A DNA stretch of 64,000 bases from Cyanophora paradoxa CCMP329 (GCA_004431415.1 QPMI01000029.1:124001-188000), one strand, 5' to 3'. Numbered from the stretch's first letter, positions 48,219 to 61,042 are shown. Notes: generated from the letters alone by a model not told the origin. Made by a program: numbers and translations.

Positions 48219-48257
48219 TGCTTCTTTTACTAAGAAGGAAAGAAAAATAAACTGCAA

Positions 48258-48563
48258 TCAAGCCAAAGTGATTAAATTCGATCCAAGGGATTGGTAAACA
48301 GTTGAAAGAACTTGCAGGTTGGACGTCATTGCTTTAATGTTGTTATCACACTCATTGTATTTAGCAACAGGGTCACCATATGCAGCTTGAGCAAGGACAT
48401 TAACCAAGAGGTTTTTATACTCATTTACAACTGGTGAGAGCTTGTTAGTTTGCTGAATCGTTTTTTCAACTGTTTGTAATGCGTTTACAAGGGTGATTGT
48501 ATCAAAAGAAAGTGCAACAGGCTCAGTAGAATAGGTGGTTCCACCAAGAGGATAGGTCGCCAT
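48258..48563 (-). CDS. Hypothetical helical protein (101 aa)
   Basis: Intact ORF packed directly against the upstream gene; no recognised motif. Confidence 0.6.
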   Translation of the reverse strand: MATYPLGGTTYSTEPVALSFDTITLVNALQTVEKTIQQTNKLSPVVNEYKNLLVNVLAQAAYGDPVAKYNECDNNIKAMTSNLQVLSTVYQSLGSNLITLA

Positions 48564-51500
48564 TTATAATACTGTGATATTTTTAATTTGGTCTATTTGA
48601 CTTTGGAGATTCTCACAGGTTTGTGTTAAATCTTTGCATTTTTGGGATAACTCCTTCACTGCTTCAATGAGAACCGGAATTAAACCTGTGTATGCAAGGG
48701 TCAAATAATTTTCGTGATTTTTACCTACTACTTCTGGTATGACTTTTTCGACATCTTGCGCAATCAAACCTAAGTTTACTTTCTGTTTTCCATCACCAAT
48801 CTTTTTGTAACTCACACCCTGTAATTTCTCAATTGCTGAAAGGGCGCCGGTTATATTTTTAATGTCGGTTTTGTATCTTCTATCACTTCCTTGTGTAAGC
48901 CATCCCAAAAGTAAACGTCACCATTATTATAAAAAGCTTGCATTGTTATATCATTTCCTGCTCTAAAATGGATCATTTCGTAACCATAACCTTTAATGTA
49001 TGTAGTTGATGATGAACCGAAATAAACTCTCCCATTACCTTCATCTGATGTTATCCAAGTTCCGGTTGCCCAAGTTGTGCGAGCATCTTTACTATATACA
49101 TTATCCCAACTGATCATACCATTTGCTGGTGAGGTTCTCCCTTTTTCTTTCGTCCATCCAACCATACCAATATAACATCTCCCTTTTCTTGCAACAAATC
49201 TAACATGTGAGAAATAATCACAAGCAAAAGAAGCCCACGCCAAACCATCGTGATAATCTGTGGTTCCATAATTTGAGACAGTCTGATAAGTATTAACTCG
49301 CATAATGTGGAACCATCGACCTGCTCGATAGCCTCCAATATCGAAATATCGACAATTCGACCAACACAAATATTGAACATGACATGTTTGCATATTTGCT
49401 GGGACTTCAATTTGCGCCCAGTCTCCACTTGTTGAATCACCTTCAACGATACTATAAAATCCATCCACAGGATTAGAAACAGAAGCTGTCCAACCTGTCC
49501 CCCAAGAACCACTAAATGATAGACCACCACTACCTGTTCCACTCCAAGTATCAAAACCTATAATGTTTCCAACTAAATTTGTTGTTAGTAGATTTGGTTT
49601 ACTATAAATGTTATCCCAAGAAACATAGCCTGTGTGACCACCATAACTACTTCCTGTCCAAGTGCGAGTAAATCCAATGCCCATTATGTGAACTCTTCCT
49701 ACCTTTGGAATAATACGAAGGCGAATAAAGCGATTTCCCAACATAATAGGGACATTTTGTAAACCATTGTGGTTTCCATCTGGTGCGCTTTCATATTGAT
49801 GATAACTATTCACTCTTGCAATGAAAACCGCATTACCTTGTCTATTGATTCCCCAAATCTCAAAGTAACGACAATTTACCCAAGGGAGATATGTTAAGTG
49901 GGCTGTTCCCGTATATAAATCAGTGGGTATTGTGTAATCAACCCATGAGCCGTTAACAACAGTATCGCCACTCTCATTATTGTAAGCATACCCACCGTAA
50001 TTATAGTAGGGTTCCCATGCTGTTCCACCTTCAAAACCCCAACCTCCTGCATAATTATGTGGCGAATTTCCTGCTACCGAAGCATCATACTCTACACATC
50101 TAGGCATTGTTTTGTCGCCAAATTTATAATTTGTAGTTGCATTTATTGAACCTCCGTAAATGATTGTTCCGCTTATAGTCGGAGCGGACACAGTATTAGT
50201 AACTGCAAGGTTGCCGTTTTCATATGATTGTAAAATTGTAGCATCTGCTGAGTTTCTGAATACAACACACGCATTATCGTTATTAGGTCTACCTCGAATA
50301 TATGTAGCATTTGCATTTGCAAAATAGAACCGCTCGTAGTTATCTGTTGATTTTAACCATGTATTAATTGCCCATGTTGCCGTTCCTGGAAGGTCTGCGG
50401 CTGTAATTAATGCCGGACGACTGTAAATATTATCCCAACTTATCAAACCATTCGCTGGCGCTGTTCTACCTACTTCTTTTGTCCATCCAAGCATTCCAAT
50501 GTGAGTTCGTCCTTTCTTTGCGAAAATTCCAATATATGAGAAACTCCCACAAAATACGGATGTCCATAATAAACTCGAATGCCACAGTGTGTCGGCGGTG
50601 TTTTGAATATTTTGATATGTATTAACTCTCATAATATAATTCCATCGTCCATTGCGGTATCCCTGAATATCGAAATATCGCCCATTCGACCAACATAAAT
50701 ATTGAATGTGACATGTTTTCATTCCTGCTGGAACTGCACACTGCATATACCCATCGCCGCTTGCATCGTCTGTTTGGTTGCAATAAAAACCCTCTACTGG
50801 GTTATCTGTTGTGGGTTTCCATCCTGTTGTCCAAGCGCCGGATTGGAATGATACACCTGCGCTATTCCAACCACTCACCACATCAAAATCGGAATATTTG
50901 CCGACAGGATTAAAAGCGATATTATCATAATGAATTAATCCAACATCATTATCGGTTGCTCTTTGTCTACTCCAACCAAATACACCCGTAAAATAAATGC
51001 GACCTTTCACACCTTTTACCACAATCTTTTTATAGAAATCACAGTTTATAGAAGTATAGATAATAGCATTATAGGTACCATCTTGAATTCCGCTATCTTG
51101 TATTGCTTGATAGTGATTAACACGTTTTAAGAAATGCTGATATCCATTAACAGTTTCACCGTAAATATCGAAATATCTACAATTATGCCAATTTAAAAGT
51201 TGAATATAAAACGATTTCATGCCTTCTGGAATTGTCCAACGCATCCAACAACCCGTAACATCTGCGTCATTCTCAGGTGTGGTGTAACATCCTGTTTGTC
51301 CCGTTCTATGTCCTGTCCAATTAACATTCCAATTATTTGCGCTTCTATCTGTCGAAACCACATCTAATTGGTCGAAATCATAACCTTTTGGTATTGTGGT
51401 TCCACCAATTTGTAGAGTGGTAGCATTCACAGTTCCTGTGACAGTTCCACCTGTAAGAGGCAAATAGTTTGCAAGAGCTGTTGTTAACTCTGCATCAGTT

Positions 51501-54500
51501 GTATAACTGCTTAAATCTGCAGAGGTAAGATACCCTTTATTGGTAAGGTAATCATCTGTGACCACACCTGAAAGGGTGGTATTGTGTAAGTTTTTTGCTG
51601 CCATCCTCTGATTGACTTCTAAGGCTCCACCTGATGTCGTTTTTATCCATGCAATCTCACATTTCCCATGATCATCTGTGGGTTGTCCTGCTACAGGAAG
51701 GTAGTTTACAACTTTCTCCCTTGTGAACACAATTTTAGGTCTTGCTCCATCATATGCGCTTTGATCTGTAACGTTTATTTGAATAGCTGCTGAAAAATCG
51801 GCTACTTGTCCTGTTTCACCTGGGTGATAATTCGTAACATAGATACTGGGGAAAGTATCATTTACTCCTACATTGAAATCACCATCATAAACTCCATTTA
51901 CAATTGGATCCCTGGGTAATCTTACTGCAAGAGTTCCCTCCATTGGAGTGCCTGTTTGACCTGTAAAAGTCCCATTGAGACTAACATAATGATCATTCAA
52001 ATGCAATCTTTCAGGTGTATTACTCGATTGGTAAAGTGTGACTCCATTGAAAACATTTCCGATTGCATTCAACTGTGCAAACACTGGTTGTTGATCGATT
52101 TCACTCCAAGGGTGTCTGTGATTGCAGTTGGTGATCTGGGAATAATCATGACTGTGTGGATCAGGTGGAAAGGTTAATGGTGGATTTGTTATATGCTCCC
52201 ATAAATGCTCATGAGAACTGGGTGGGAAGGTTAATGGTGGATTTGTTATATGCTCCCATAAATGCTCATGTGCAAAATCTGTTATTTCATCTTTTGTGTG
52301 GGTGTGGTTATCGATCCAACCTAAAACTACATTGGATGTAGGATGATTTGGTAGATTCGCTTCAATATTCACAGTCAAATAGTCGACTTCTAGATTACTT
52401 CCATAAATATTACTTGCCCATAGGTTACTTGTGAAAATGTTACTTGTATAAAGGTTACTGGTGTAGATATTGGAAGTGACTGTAAGGTTTGTGTCATTTT
52501 TGATCACAAAAAGAGAAAGAATATTTGTGAGTTCACCTTCATCAATATATCCTTGATCTTCTAGATAATCCTCTGTGACCACTCTCGAAATATTTTCATT
52601 GTGTATGTTTTTTGCAGCCATCCTCTGATTGGCTTCCAGAACCCCACCATAATCTGTTTTAATCCATGCAAGCTCTGCCCTTCCATAATTATCATTTGCA
52701 GTTCCCACTATGGGAATGTAGGAATACTTATCTCGACTGAAAACTATCATTGGTCTTGAGCCATCTAAGCTGCTTACATCTGCTACATGAACCTGTATAG
52801 CAGAGTTGTAATTTTGGTAGGTTGCTGGGTCTGTTGGGACTCTGAATGTATCTGTGGGAATGTCAGCCTCCATGTAGCTTGACACAAAGATATTTGGTAT
52901 GGTTGCTCCTGGTGGTGGTGGGGTTTCAAAAGAGCCTGGTAATGTCCTAATATGAAGTGGTCCTCTCATAGCTGAATTTGCAAGTGTCCCATTCACATGT
53001 ACATAGTGTTCATTCAAAAAGATTCTTTCTGGGACATTACAAGTCTGATAAAGAGAAACCCCCAAGTTATCAAGAGGCTCTACCTTTGCGAATTCTGGTT
53101 GGTCATTGATCTCATCCCAAGTATGTTCATGTTTGCTTGGTGGGAACTCAGTAGGTATCCCATCAATTTCTCCCCAATCATGCCTGTGATCCTCTGGTGG
53201 ATACTTTTGAGGTTTGCCTAAGATCTCATCCCAATCATGATTGTGATCCTCTGGGGGATACTTTGCAGGTTTATTATTAATTTGTTCATAATCAGGGAAG
53301 AACTCCAGATCTCAGGTCGAAATCCATCTGGTAACAATTCCTCATGGGTTCATAAGGTTGCTCATAGTCAACAGCTGGTGGATCATGACCATCTGGTAAA
53401 TACTCCTCATCAGGTTCATAGTTCTGTTCATACTCATATTCTTGTGGGTCAAAACCATCTGGGAGTATCTCCTCCTCATTGGGTCAAACTGATCATACTC
53501 ATATTCTTGTGGGTCGAAACCATCTGGTAAATACTCTTCCTCATCTGGAACGAATTGATATTCATCAAGCTCTAATATATCGACTTCAGGAGGTAAATAC
53601 TGCTCATCTATTTGCTTTCTGGGTTCAATTATAGTTTATTGCGAACTTGCTCCCAACTAACAATATGCTGCCAAAGGCTACATCTTCAGTTGCTGTGTAT
53701 TCTCTTCCAGGCTGTTTCTTTGGTGTTAAATCGGAGGTCCATTTGGAAATGGAATAGGGAATGGAACTGTTGGTCCATTGGGACCATAATGCTCAATTAT
53801 TTCCCTTAGAGTTTTCTCACTCACAAGTTTCTCCCCATTTGCATACACATTGCTGCCATGGATATTTCGCCATTGCCTGGTTCTAATTCCAAGGTCTTTC
53901 ACATTGCTATACAAAGGCAAAAGGTGCCTATCCATTTCGACTAAATCAGGATGTAAATGGATTGCTACTGGTTGACTGGGGCTACTGTTGATTGTAATTG
54001 ATGGCTTTTTTTGATGGACATCTTTTGGAGTAAAAAACCCAAAAGGCTCATTCCTCGCAAAGTCATATGTAATATCCTTGGGGTATACATCATTTGTGTA
54101 GGAGACCTGATTTGTGTTGGCAATGGGACCCACTTGCAATACTTGGGGGACCTCAGCTTTTGCAGTGCTGCCCTCATTGTAAATTCGCAAAGCTGTGTTC
54201 TGTTTGCCCTGCTCATCTTGAACATTGAAAATCAATCGACCACTATCGAACCTGGAAGGTATATCTGGGTGAGTGCCACTGGTTTTTAGTTTCCTAGGTC
54301 TCCTTCTTGTTGCTTTGATCTCTGCCACTTGGTTTGCTTTCACATTACCCAAACTAAAAGCAACACTGACATCCTCTTTATTTGGATCAGTTTGATTCAC
54401 AGATAAAGCATGCTCCCTTGATTGAGTCTTTGAAGAATTATCAGAGCTGTGGTCAATTGAAACTGAACCCTTTACTTTAATATTATCAAAGTTCACATGC

Positions 54501-54562
54501 TTGGTGCTGCTTGCATTATCATCTTGAATGGTTTCTAGATTGGGTGGGTAATTGAAGCTCAT
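48564..54562 (-). CDS. Giant (~2,000 aa) phage-type tail-fibre protein with C-terminal peptidase S74 intramolecular chaperone; split by several 1-bp indels
   Basis: ORF 53,726-54,562, acidic LPDGFDP repeats (53.1-53.6 kb), ORF 48,851-53,065 and ORF 48,564-48,908 join by single-base corrections. HxHxWxxIxxxP tail-fibre repeats; YLPLTGGTVTG; S74 signature SDRRYKTDIKNI...GLIAQDVEKVIPEVV...YTGLIPVLIEAVKEL plus coiled coil. Confidence 0.82.
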
Positions 54563-54605
54563 GGCTTTTACTATATGGATTTATAAAATTCCTGATAAGT
54601 AAAAG

Positions 54606-56160
54606 ATGCCTCTCAGGGTTTGTTTAAGTCTTTCTGGCGGGGGTGCAAGGGGCATTATCATAACCAGGCTGCTCAAAGAAATCGAAAATCGAACTGGCAG
54701 AAGAATAATCGATCTTGTGGATCTTGTAAGTGGAACTTCCACTGGTGGGATCATTGCAATAGGTTTGAATATCAGGCATCCTGATAAACCAGGTGAACCT
54801 AAACTGACAGCAAACGATCTACACAATATTTACCTAGCTCAACTGCCCTTGATTTTTGCAAATCCTCGAAATATAATCGAAAATGCCCTTTTTAATACAA
54901 AGTATGATGTGGGACCCTTGGAGACTGCAATCAATTCAGTTACTGGTGAATCACTAATACAGGATTCCCTAAAGGACATTGTGATTACATCCTTTGATAC
55001 TCAGAATATGAAACCAATATTTATCACAAATGACAACAACTACAACTTTATGCCTTGTAAGATTGCTGCTAGGGCTACTTCTGCTGCTCCTACATATTTC
55101 TCTCCTGTAAGCATTGTTGATTTCAATCGGGGAGTATTTGTCTGTCTCATTGATGGTGCCATTTCGGGAAACAATAATCCCAGTGTGTGTGGTTACAGCC
55201 ATGCAAAGAAGATTTACAGTGATGATGATGATATTATAGTAATAAGTATCTCTTGTGGTGAGGTGGACCCACATTTAGAGTCTGATTATGTGGGTTATGC
55301 TTATGAGACTGTCAACAGCTGGGGAATTCTCTCATGGATTGCCTCAACAGATGGAAGCCCATTGATTAACATGCTCATGGCTGCAAGTGAGCTTTCTGCC
55401 CTTGATAAGATGGAGGAGTTGTTACCCTACAACTATGATCAGGATTATGGGAGATACTATAGGCTGTCAGTGCCTCTTCCAAATCATATAGTAAGCTCCC
55501 TTGATGACACTTCTAAGATCCCAGATATGCTAGCATTCACTGAAAGCTACATAGCAGCAAACAATGATATGATTAATAAGCTTTGCAGCCTTCTAGTAGC
55601 AAACTATGAACTTAAGAACCCTACAAAGGCTTACATCTCATCCACTCTCACTACATCACCTCCTTTGGATGCTAATTGGTATCAGCTTGCAGATGATGCC
55701 TTTACTGCCTCATCCTCTGTGACAGGTAAAGAGCCTTTCATGGCAAGACCTTCAGCATTTGGCTGGGAAGCTGGAGCCTTTGCTCCTGAACAGATATGGG
55801 AAACCCCCACTGAATACCTTCAAGTTGCTTTCCCATATACTTTTGAACTCTCCTCTGTGATTGCCTATGGATCAGGGACACCAATGCTTTTATTAAGACT
55901 TTCAATGTGGCAACATCCACTGATGGATCAACTGGTCTTTTATTCGATCAGATGGGCAAAACAAAATATATGTCTGTGAGAACATTAACAATGCTCACAA
56001 CTCTGGTGATGTGGCTCTATTGAGTGGATTTCCTCTAAGCATCAAGGATGCTTTTTACATAGGTTTCTCTCTCAGAATCAAATATATTCGCATTTATCCC
56101 CTTGTGTATGTGAATGCTCCCACAATGAGAGTTGATTTCACAGGTGCCTTTATTCGATAA
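54606..56160 (+). CDS. Patatin-like phospholipase with C-terminal F5/8 type C (discoidin)-like domain (frameshifted near 55,880)
   Basis: GGGARG, GTSTG, ARATSAAPTYF, LIDGA; then FTASSS...W.A...EYLQV...V..YG; after the shifts ATSTDG and IKYIRIYP.....MRVDFTG. Confidence 0.85.
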
Positions 56161-57081
56161 ACTCCAACTGAAAAGAATTATCGATTCCATTCATATCAAT
56201 CAGTTCACCAAAGTAATCTTTAAACTCAACTGTGAGTTCCCTTATCACCAGGTTTCTGTCATTTATCTGAATGAATTCTGCATGCTCACCACTATGGTAA
56301 ACATAGCCACCTATATCTTTACTCAATTGCAATCTAAGGATAGCTCCCTGGTTATGTGGTTGCGATTTCGGAATTATATTGTGTCTGCTGGCAAAAGGGG
56401 CAAGCTCTTTAATATGCATGTACAGATACTGCTCAGCATTCATATCAGACATCTTATTACTGGTGAAATAGTACTGCAAGGGCTTTGAGGAGAGTCTGGG
56501 TCCTGAGAAGGTGATTCCCCATGCTGGGTGATCAGGTGTAATAGGTTTACCATCATACTTTAAAAGGTTCTCAGGTCGATATGGAGATCCACCAACAGGA
56601 GGAGTGCTATAATACCCAGTGGTGTATTCAGTAGAACTTACACCCAAAAGCTTCCCTATTCGCTTGTTGCTTGCAATAAAACGAAACTCATGATTACTGT
56701 AAAACTCCACTTTATAGGTTGTTGGGTTGTAGAATATTTTGAACTCAAAAGCTACTGTTTTGCCTGCAATTGTTTGGAAGCTTGAATAGTTCAGCCCATA
56801 ATTATAAGGGTGTGTGACCCCAAAATGACCCTGATTGATGTAGCCACTGGGAAGGGATACACTTGTTGTGTGATCACTTGGTTATATGAACCATCTTGGT
56901 AGTTAAAATCAACTGTTAAATGATCAGTTCCCACACTGTTATAGATACTGTTTGGAATCTCTGCATAGAGAACCCTGCATTCTCTTGGTCTCTCTACTGG
57001 AGTTGTGAGGGTGACCCTGTAAGAGTTTTCATTTTGTCCTTGGCTTCTATCTCTGCTATCAATATTAACAAGTCGATTCAT
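56150..57081 (-). CDS. Minor capsid (penton-type single jelly roll) protein 1, frameshifted near 56,800
   Basis: VNIDSRDR...YRVTL...AEIPNSIYN at the N-terminus; YLYMHIKEL and LTVEFKDYFGELIDMNGIDNSFQLEF at the C-terminus. Confidence 0.78.
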
Positions 57082-57110
57082 TTTAATATATAAATATAGA
57101 TAAAAGAAGA

Positions 57111-58120
57111 ATGCCTGTGGATTACATCGAGGTTAGCTCATTTAATACAATCTCTGGTGATGGTCCCACATCAAGCTTTGTGGCTCGACTTCCCAGTACT
57201 TATGAGAATGTGAGGGCTGTGAGACTGGTCTCAGCCGAATTTTATAACAGTATCCCTATGGTGAGTGGTGAAACCAAAGCAGGAGATGTGACAGTTGACA
57301 ATGCATTTAGCATTTATTATTCTGAACAAACTCCTGGAGCTGGAAGCTCAGGAATTCCAACAGTTCGCCCAGCTGCTGACTATGAACAATGGAAACAATT
57401 CATTATAAGTCGAAACACCCCCATCCAAAGCCACCAGCAACTGGTGAATGTAATTAACTCTAAATTCGAAGGCAGAAATCCCCAACCATCCATTCGCTGC
57501 AAATGGATGAATCACTGAAACGAATTATATTCCACTCAGCAGTACCATTTTACTTGGCTTTCTCAGTAGCTGTGAACCCAAGCCAACAAACAATCCAAAA
57601 GCTGTTGAGTTCAGCTAGACTGCTTGGTCTTGATCCTGGAAGATATGGCAATTCCTCAATCCAATCCCAAGTTTATGATGCTCTCACTGATGGAATCTTT
57701 ACTGGTGGTCGCGTGAATGGCATTATATCTTCTTTTGAGCCTGAGAAGACCAGGGACAGTGTTTTGTTTGTGAGAGTAAAGGAGCTGGGTGATCTGGTGC
57801 AATGTGGGGATGGTCTTCTGACTGGTTACTTTCACAAAATAGTGGTCCCTGATAAAGACTATGGTGAGCATGTTGTTTACAATTCAACAGAAGCTCACCC
57901 ACTTTACAAATACTATAATAAGAAGGTTGGATTATCCACTTTTTCGGTTGATATTGTAAATGCTGTTAATGAACCAGTTGATTTTGAGGGTCAACCTGTT
58001 CATCTGACCTTTGAAATTCGCTATGGTGATGAGCCAGCAGGAGACCCAGTTTATGAATACTTTAAGATGAGAATGTCGCAGCTTCACCCTTCCTATCCAG
58101 TTATTACAAGCTTCGCATAA
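57111..58120 (+). CDS. Minor capsid (penton-type) protein 2, frameshifted near 57,510
   Basis: IEVSS...FVARLPSTYENVRAVRLVSAEFYN; LFVRVKEL; FSVDIVNAVNEPVDFEGQPVHLTFEI. Confidence 0.72.
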
Positions 58121-58173
58121 ATTAAGGATCATTGGTAGATTTTTTATGTTGCAGTATAATAAAAGAGAATATA

Positions 58174-59540
58174 ATGGATATCACTTCCACTCTTCAAAGA
58201 CTTTCGCTGAAAGAAGCCCTAACAACCCCAGAGGAGGCGAAAGCCTTTTTCCTGGATAACTCCCTTATGCTTGGTCTCGAATCCAAGTCTAAGCCAGTTC
58301 TTGTTGTTGTGAATCCCAGCAATACTTTTGAGAATAATGTAGGAAATCGCATTTCCTTCAAGCTACCTCGCTACAATTTCTGTGGAAAACTCGAACTTGC
58401 TTTCGACCTTCCTGCCATCACTTTTGCTGGTGATACTGATCTGGTTCGCAATGGATACACTCGACCAGTTGGTGCTTTAGTTCAGCGACTTGAAATTACC
58501 TATGGATCTTACACCTACCATATTCCATCTGATTTCCTTGCTCATTTCCCCCTGGTCTATTATTCGGAGGATCAACTAGCTAAAAAGAAACGCTCAATGG
58601 GCATGGTTCATGGTATCCCTGCTCATGGAACTAACCGACTTGGTGGCTCATTTTTCGTTGAAATCCCAGTGCCTTGGCTAAATCACTACCTTCCCTTGGT
58701 GCTTTATCTGGTGAAATGGTTGTTACTGTTTGGTTTAAGGATGCTGGTAAGGGTTATGTTGAAACTTCCTATGGTGGTCGCTCTCTCCCTGTTGTTGGTG
58801 GGACAGTTGCTGATAAGACAGAAGATGATGGTCTTGGTGATACTGCTAATGCTACACTTGCCCATGTTGGTCAAAACATCACCACTTTCAGTCTTGGTGC
58901 AACAACCCCTGTCATTTCTATTACTTCTCCTCGCCTTTACATGCATGCTATCAATGTTTCTGATGAGCTTTTCGCTACTGTAATTGAAAAAGTAAAGACT
59001 ACTGCATGGCTATTCCCTCCCTTGATATTGGATTTGTAGATGCTAGTGCTTTCCCTGCCAAGGGCAATGCCCAACCCAATCGAATTAACCTCTCTCAAAT
59101 CTCAGGTCTTGTATACGCTCTGCTTGTTCAGTTCGTGATCATGAAACTGTTGACAAATCCAATGGCTCCCACAGTGTTCTTAAGACCTATGCTAACTCCA
59201 AAGAGATAACATTCACAACTGAAATAAATGGACAGCGACTTTTTGCCACTGAGCAATTTCCCTACTCAAAGGTGCTGAGCTAATTGCTGATGCCTTCAAA
59301 TGCTCTAACATGGATAAGGTTGCTGATCGCTATGTCCTTTCAGGATTGCCTTTCTGCCTTGATGGAGAAAAGGCGATTCGAAATATTGCCCAGTCTGGTT
59401 ATGTTGATTTAACAAATTCCTCCTCTTCATTCCTCACCCTCTACATGCCTTCAGATAAGGTAATCGATGTTAATGTTCGCGCTCTCATGCATAGCTTTAT
59501 TATTGTCGACAAAGATGGTCTGAGACGTATCAATCTTTAA
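58174..59540 (+). CDS. Major capsid protein, double jelly roll, NCLDV-like; several frameshifts
   Basis: GNRISFKLPR...LELAFDLP...GALVQRLEITYG; FVEIPVPW...LPLGAL..EMVVTVWF; PRLY; PFCLD...SGYVDLT...VNVRALMHSFIIVDKDG; ~455 codons, between the minor capsid and ATPase genes. Confidence 0.82.
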
Positions 59541-60370
59541 ATGTTACCATTTTCAGTCTCCCTGCATTATTTTTATCTGTCTTTATTTAGGAAGATCTAC
59601 AACAATGACTATACCAGTTCTGATCTGGATGAATTTGTGGCTGGTGAAATGATAGAACCCCCTTTCAGACTACTCATACTAGGTAAAAGTGGATGCGGAA
59701 AAACTGAAGCCGTAAAATATTATTTGAAACAGCTGCATGATGCCAAAAAGATTGATACAACCCTTATTATATCCGCTACCTCATTCTCACATTTCTGGGA
59801 CAAAGCTGCTACTGTTCAACTGGGTGCATGGGATCCCCAATACATGTCGAAAATTATAAAAGAAAGAGAGGCAAAAAGGGAGAAAGGAGAAGAACTTAAC
59901 CATATGCTGGTGATTTTAGAGGATATGATAGAAAATGACCAGCTGGATCTCAGTCGAGATAAAACAGTTGGAATGCTTTATGTTCGTGGCAGACATGTGA
60001 ATATATCAATTATAACTATCTCTCAGAAATTACGAAAGGTTGCAAGTGTAATTCGCTGCAATAGTGATATAGTAATTATGGTTTGTGCAAGCAATCAAAA
60101 AGAGCTGGAAGCATTTGCAGAGGAGTTTTCAACTTTTCCTCGCAAAGAAGATTTCTATCAACTGTTTGAAGAGTATGTCACTCATATCAATTCCTTGTTA
60201 TACATCTTTCAAGTATAATGTGGCTACTATGTGATAAAGCCGATTTAGTTGGAGATTTCGATTTTCCTCGCTTCCACAGGAAGCCCAAGAAGAAAGAAGA
60301 TGAACTGAAACCACCAGAAAAAGAGGAAGCCCCTAAAGAAGTGAAAAGCCAAGTCCATAGCAATAAATTG
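59541..60370 (+). CDS. A32-like (FtsK/HerA superfamily) genome packaging ATPase; start and end affected by frameshifts
   Basis: Walker A GKSGCGKT, Walker B LVILEDM, A32 motifs RGRHVNISIITISQ and IRCNSD. Confidence 0.92.
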
Positions 60371-60422
60371 ATGCGATATAAACGCGGTTTATAAAATTAT
60401 CTCTCATTCTAATAAAGATACA

Positions 60423-61042
60423 ATGCCTCCAAACGAAAGATAGGGATCCCAGCTGGGGCTGTTGGCTATTCAGGTGGTGGAAACAATGGATCCATTAATA
60501 CTGAACCAATGAAATTCAATGGTATGAATGAGGTGAAGCCCTCACAGCAAGAAGAGGACCTCTTAATGCTGCCTATGAGAATCAGTCGATGACAAAGCCC
60601 CACAGGCTTCAACCAGTGACCAACTCAACATCTCACCAGAAGCTTCGAAAATGAAAGCTGTTGCTGAGGGTGCCAGGCGAATATTGGTGCTGCTGATGAT
60701 AAAGGTTTAGGCTTGCAAGATCTATCACTGGCTCGCAAAGGTGAAGGTCTTAGTAAGGAATCAGACAAGGTAATCCAGTCTATGGCTGGTGAAGTCACAT
60801 ATAAGACTGCTCCCACTCAAAATATTCATCGAATTCCAAAGGCTCAATGGGATGAGATGACTGCTAAACTCAAAGATCTGGAAGCCAAATCAAGTGCCTT
60901 GGAGCAGTATGTTACTGAGAAGAAAGAGAGATCCAAGCTAAAGGAGATGCTTCGAAAGGAAGTTTATAAAATGGGCATTACTGGTGTCCCAGATAAACAG
61001 TTTATTGCTAAAAAGAGAACCAAATTGATGAGCAGGCAGTAG
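60423..61042 (+). CDS. Hypothetical viral protein with coiled-coil C-terminus (fragmented)
   Basis: ATG after TAATAAAG at 60,423; ORF 60,713-61,042 is the intact 3' portion. Confidence 0.4.

Noticed and set aside
48851-48915. Programmed -1 frameshift joining the fibre to the S74 domain
   Set aside because: No canonical X XXY YYZ slippery heptamer in frame; one missing T in a T-run fits the indel pattern seen across the virus.
48900-52330. Diversity-generating retroelement template/variable repeats in the fibre
   Set aside because: The repeats are either near-exact in-frame tandem copies (57 bp) or anciently diverged domains; no adenine-specific differences noticed and no RT in the window.
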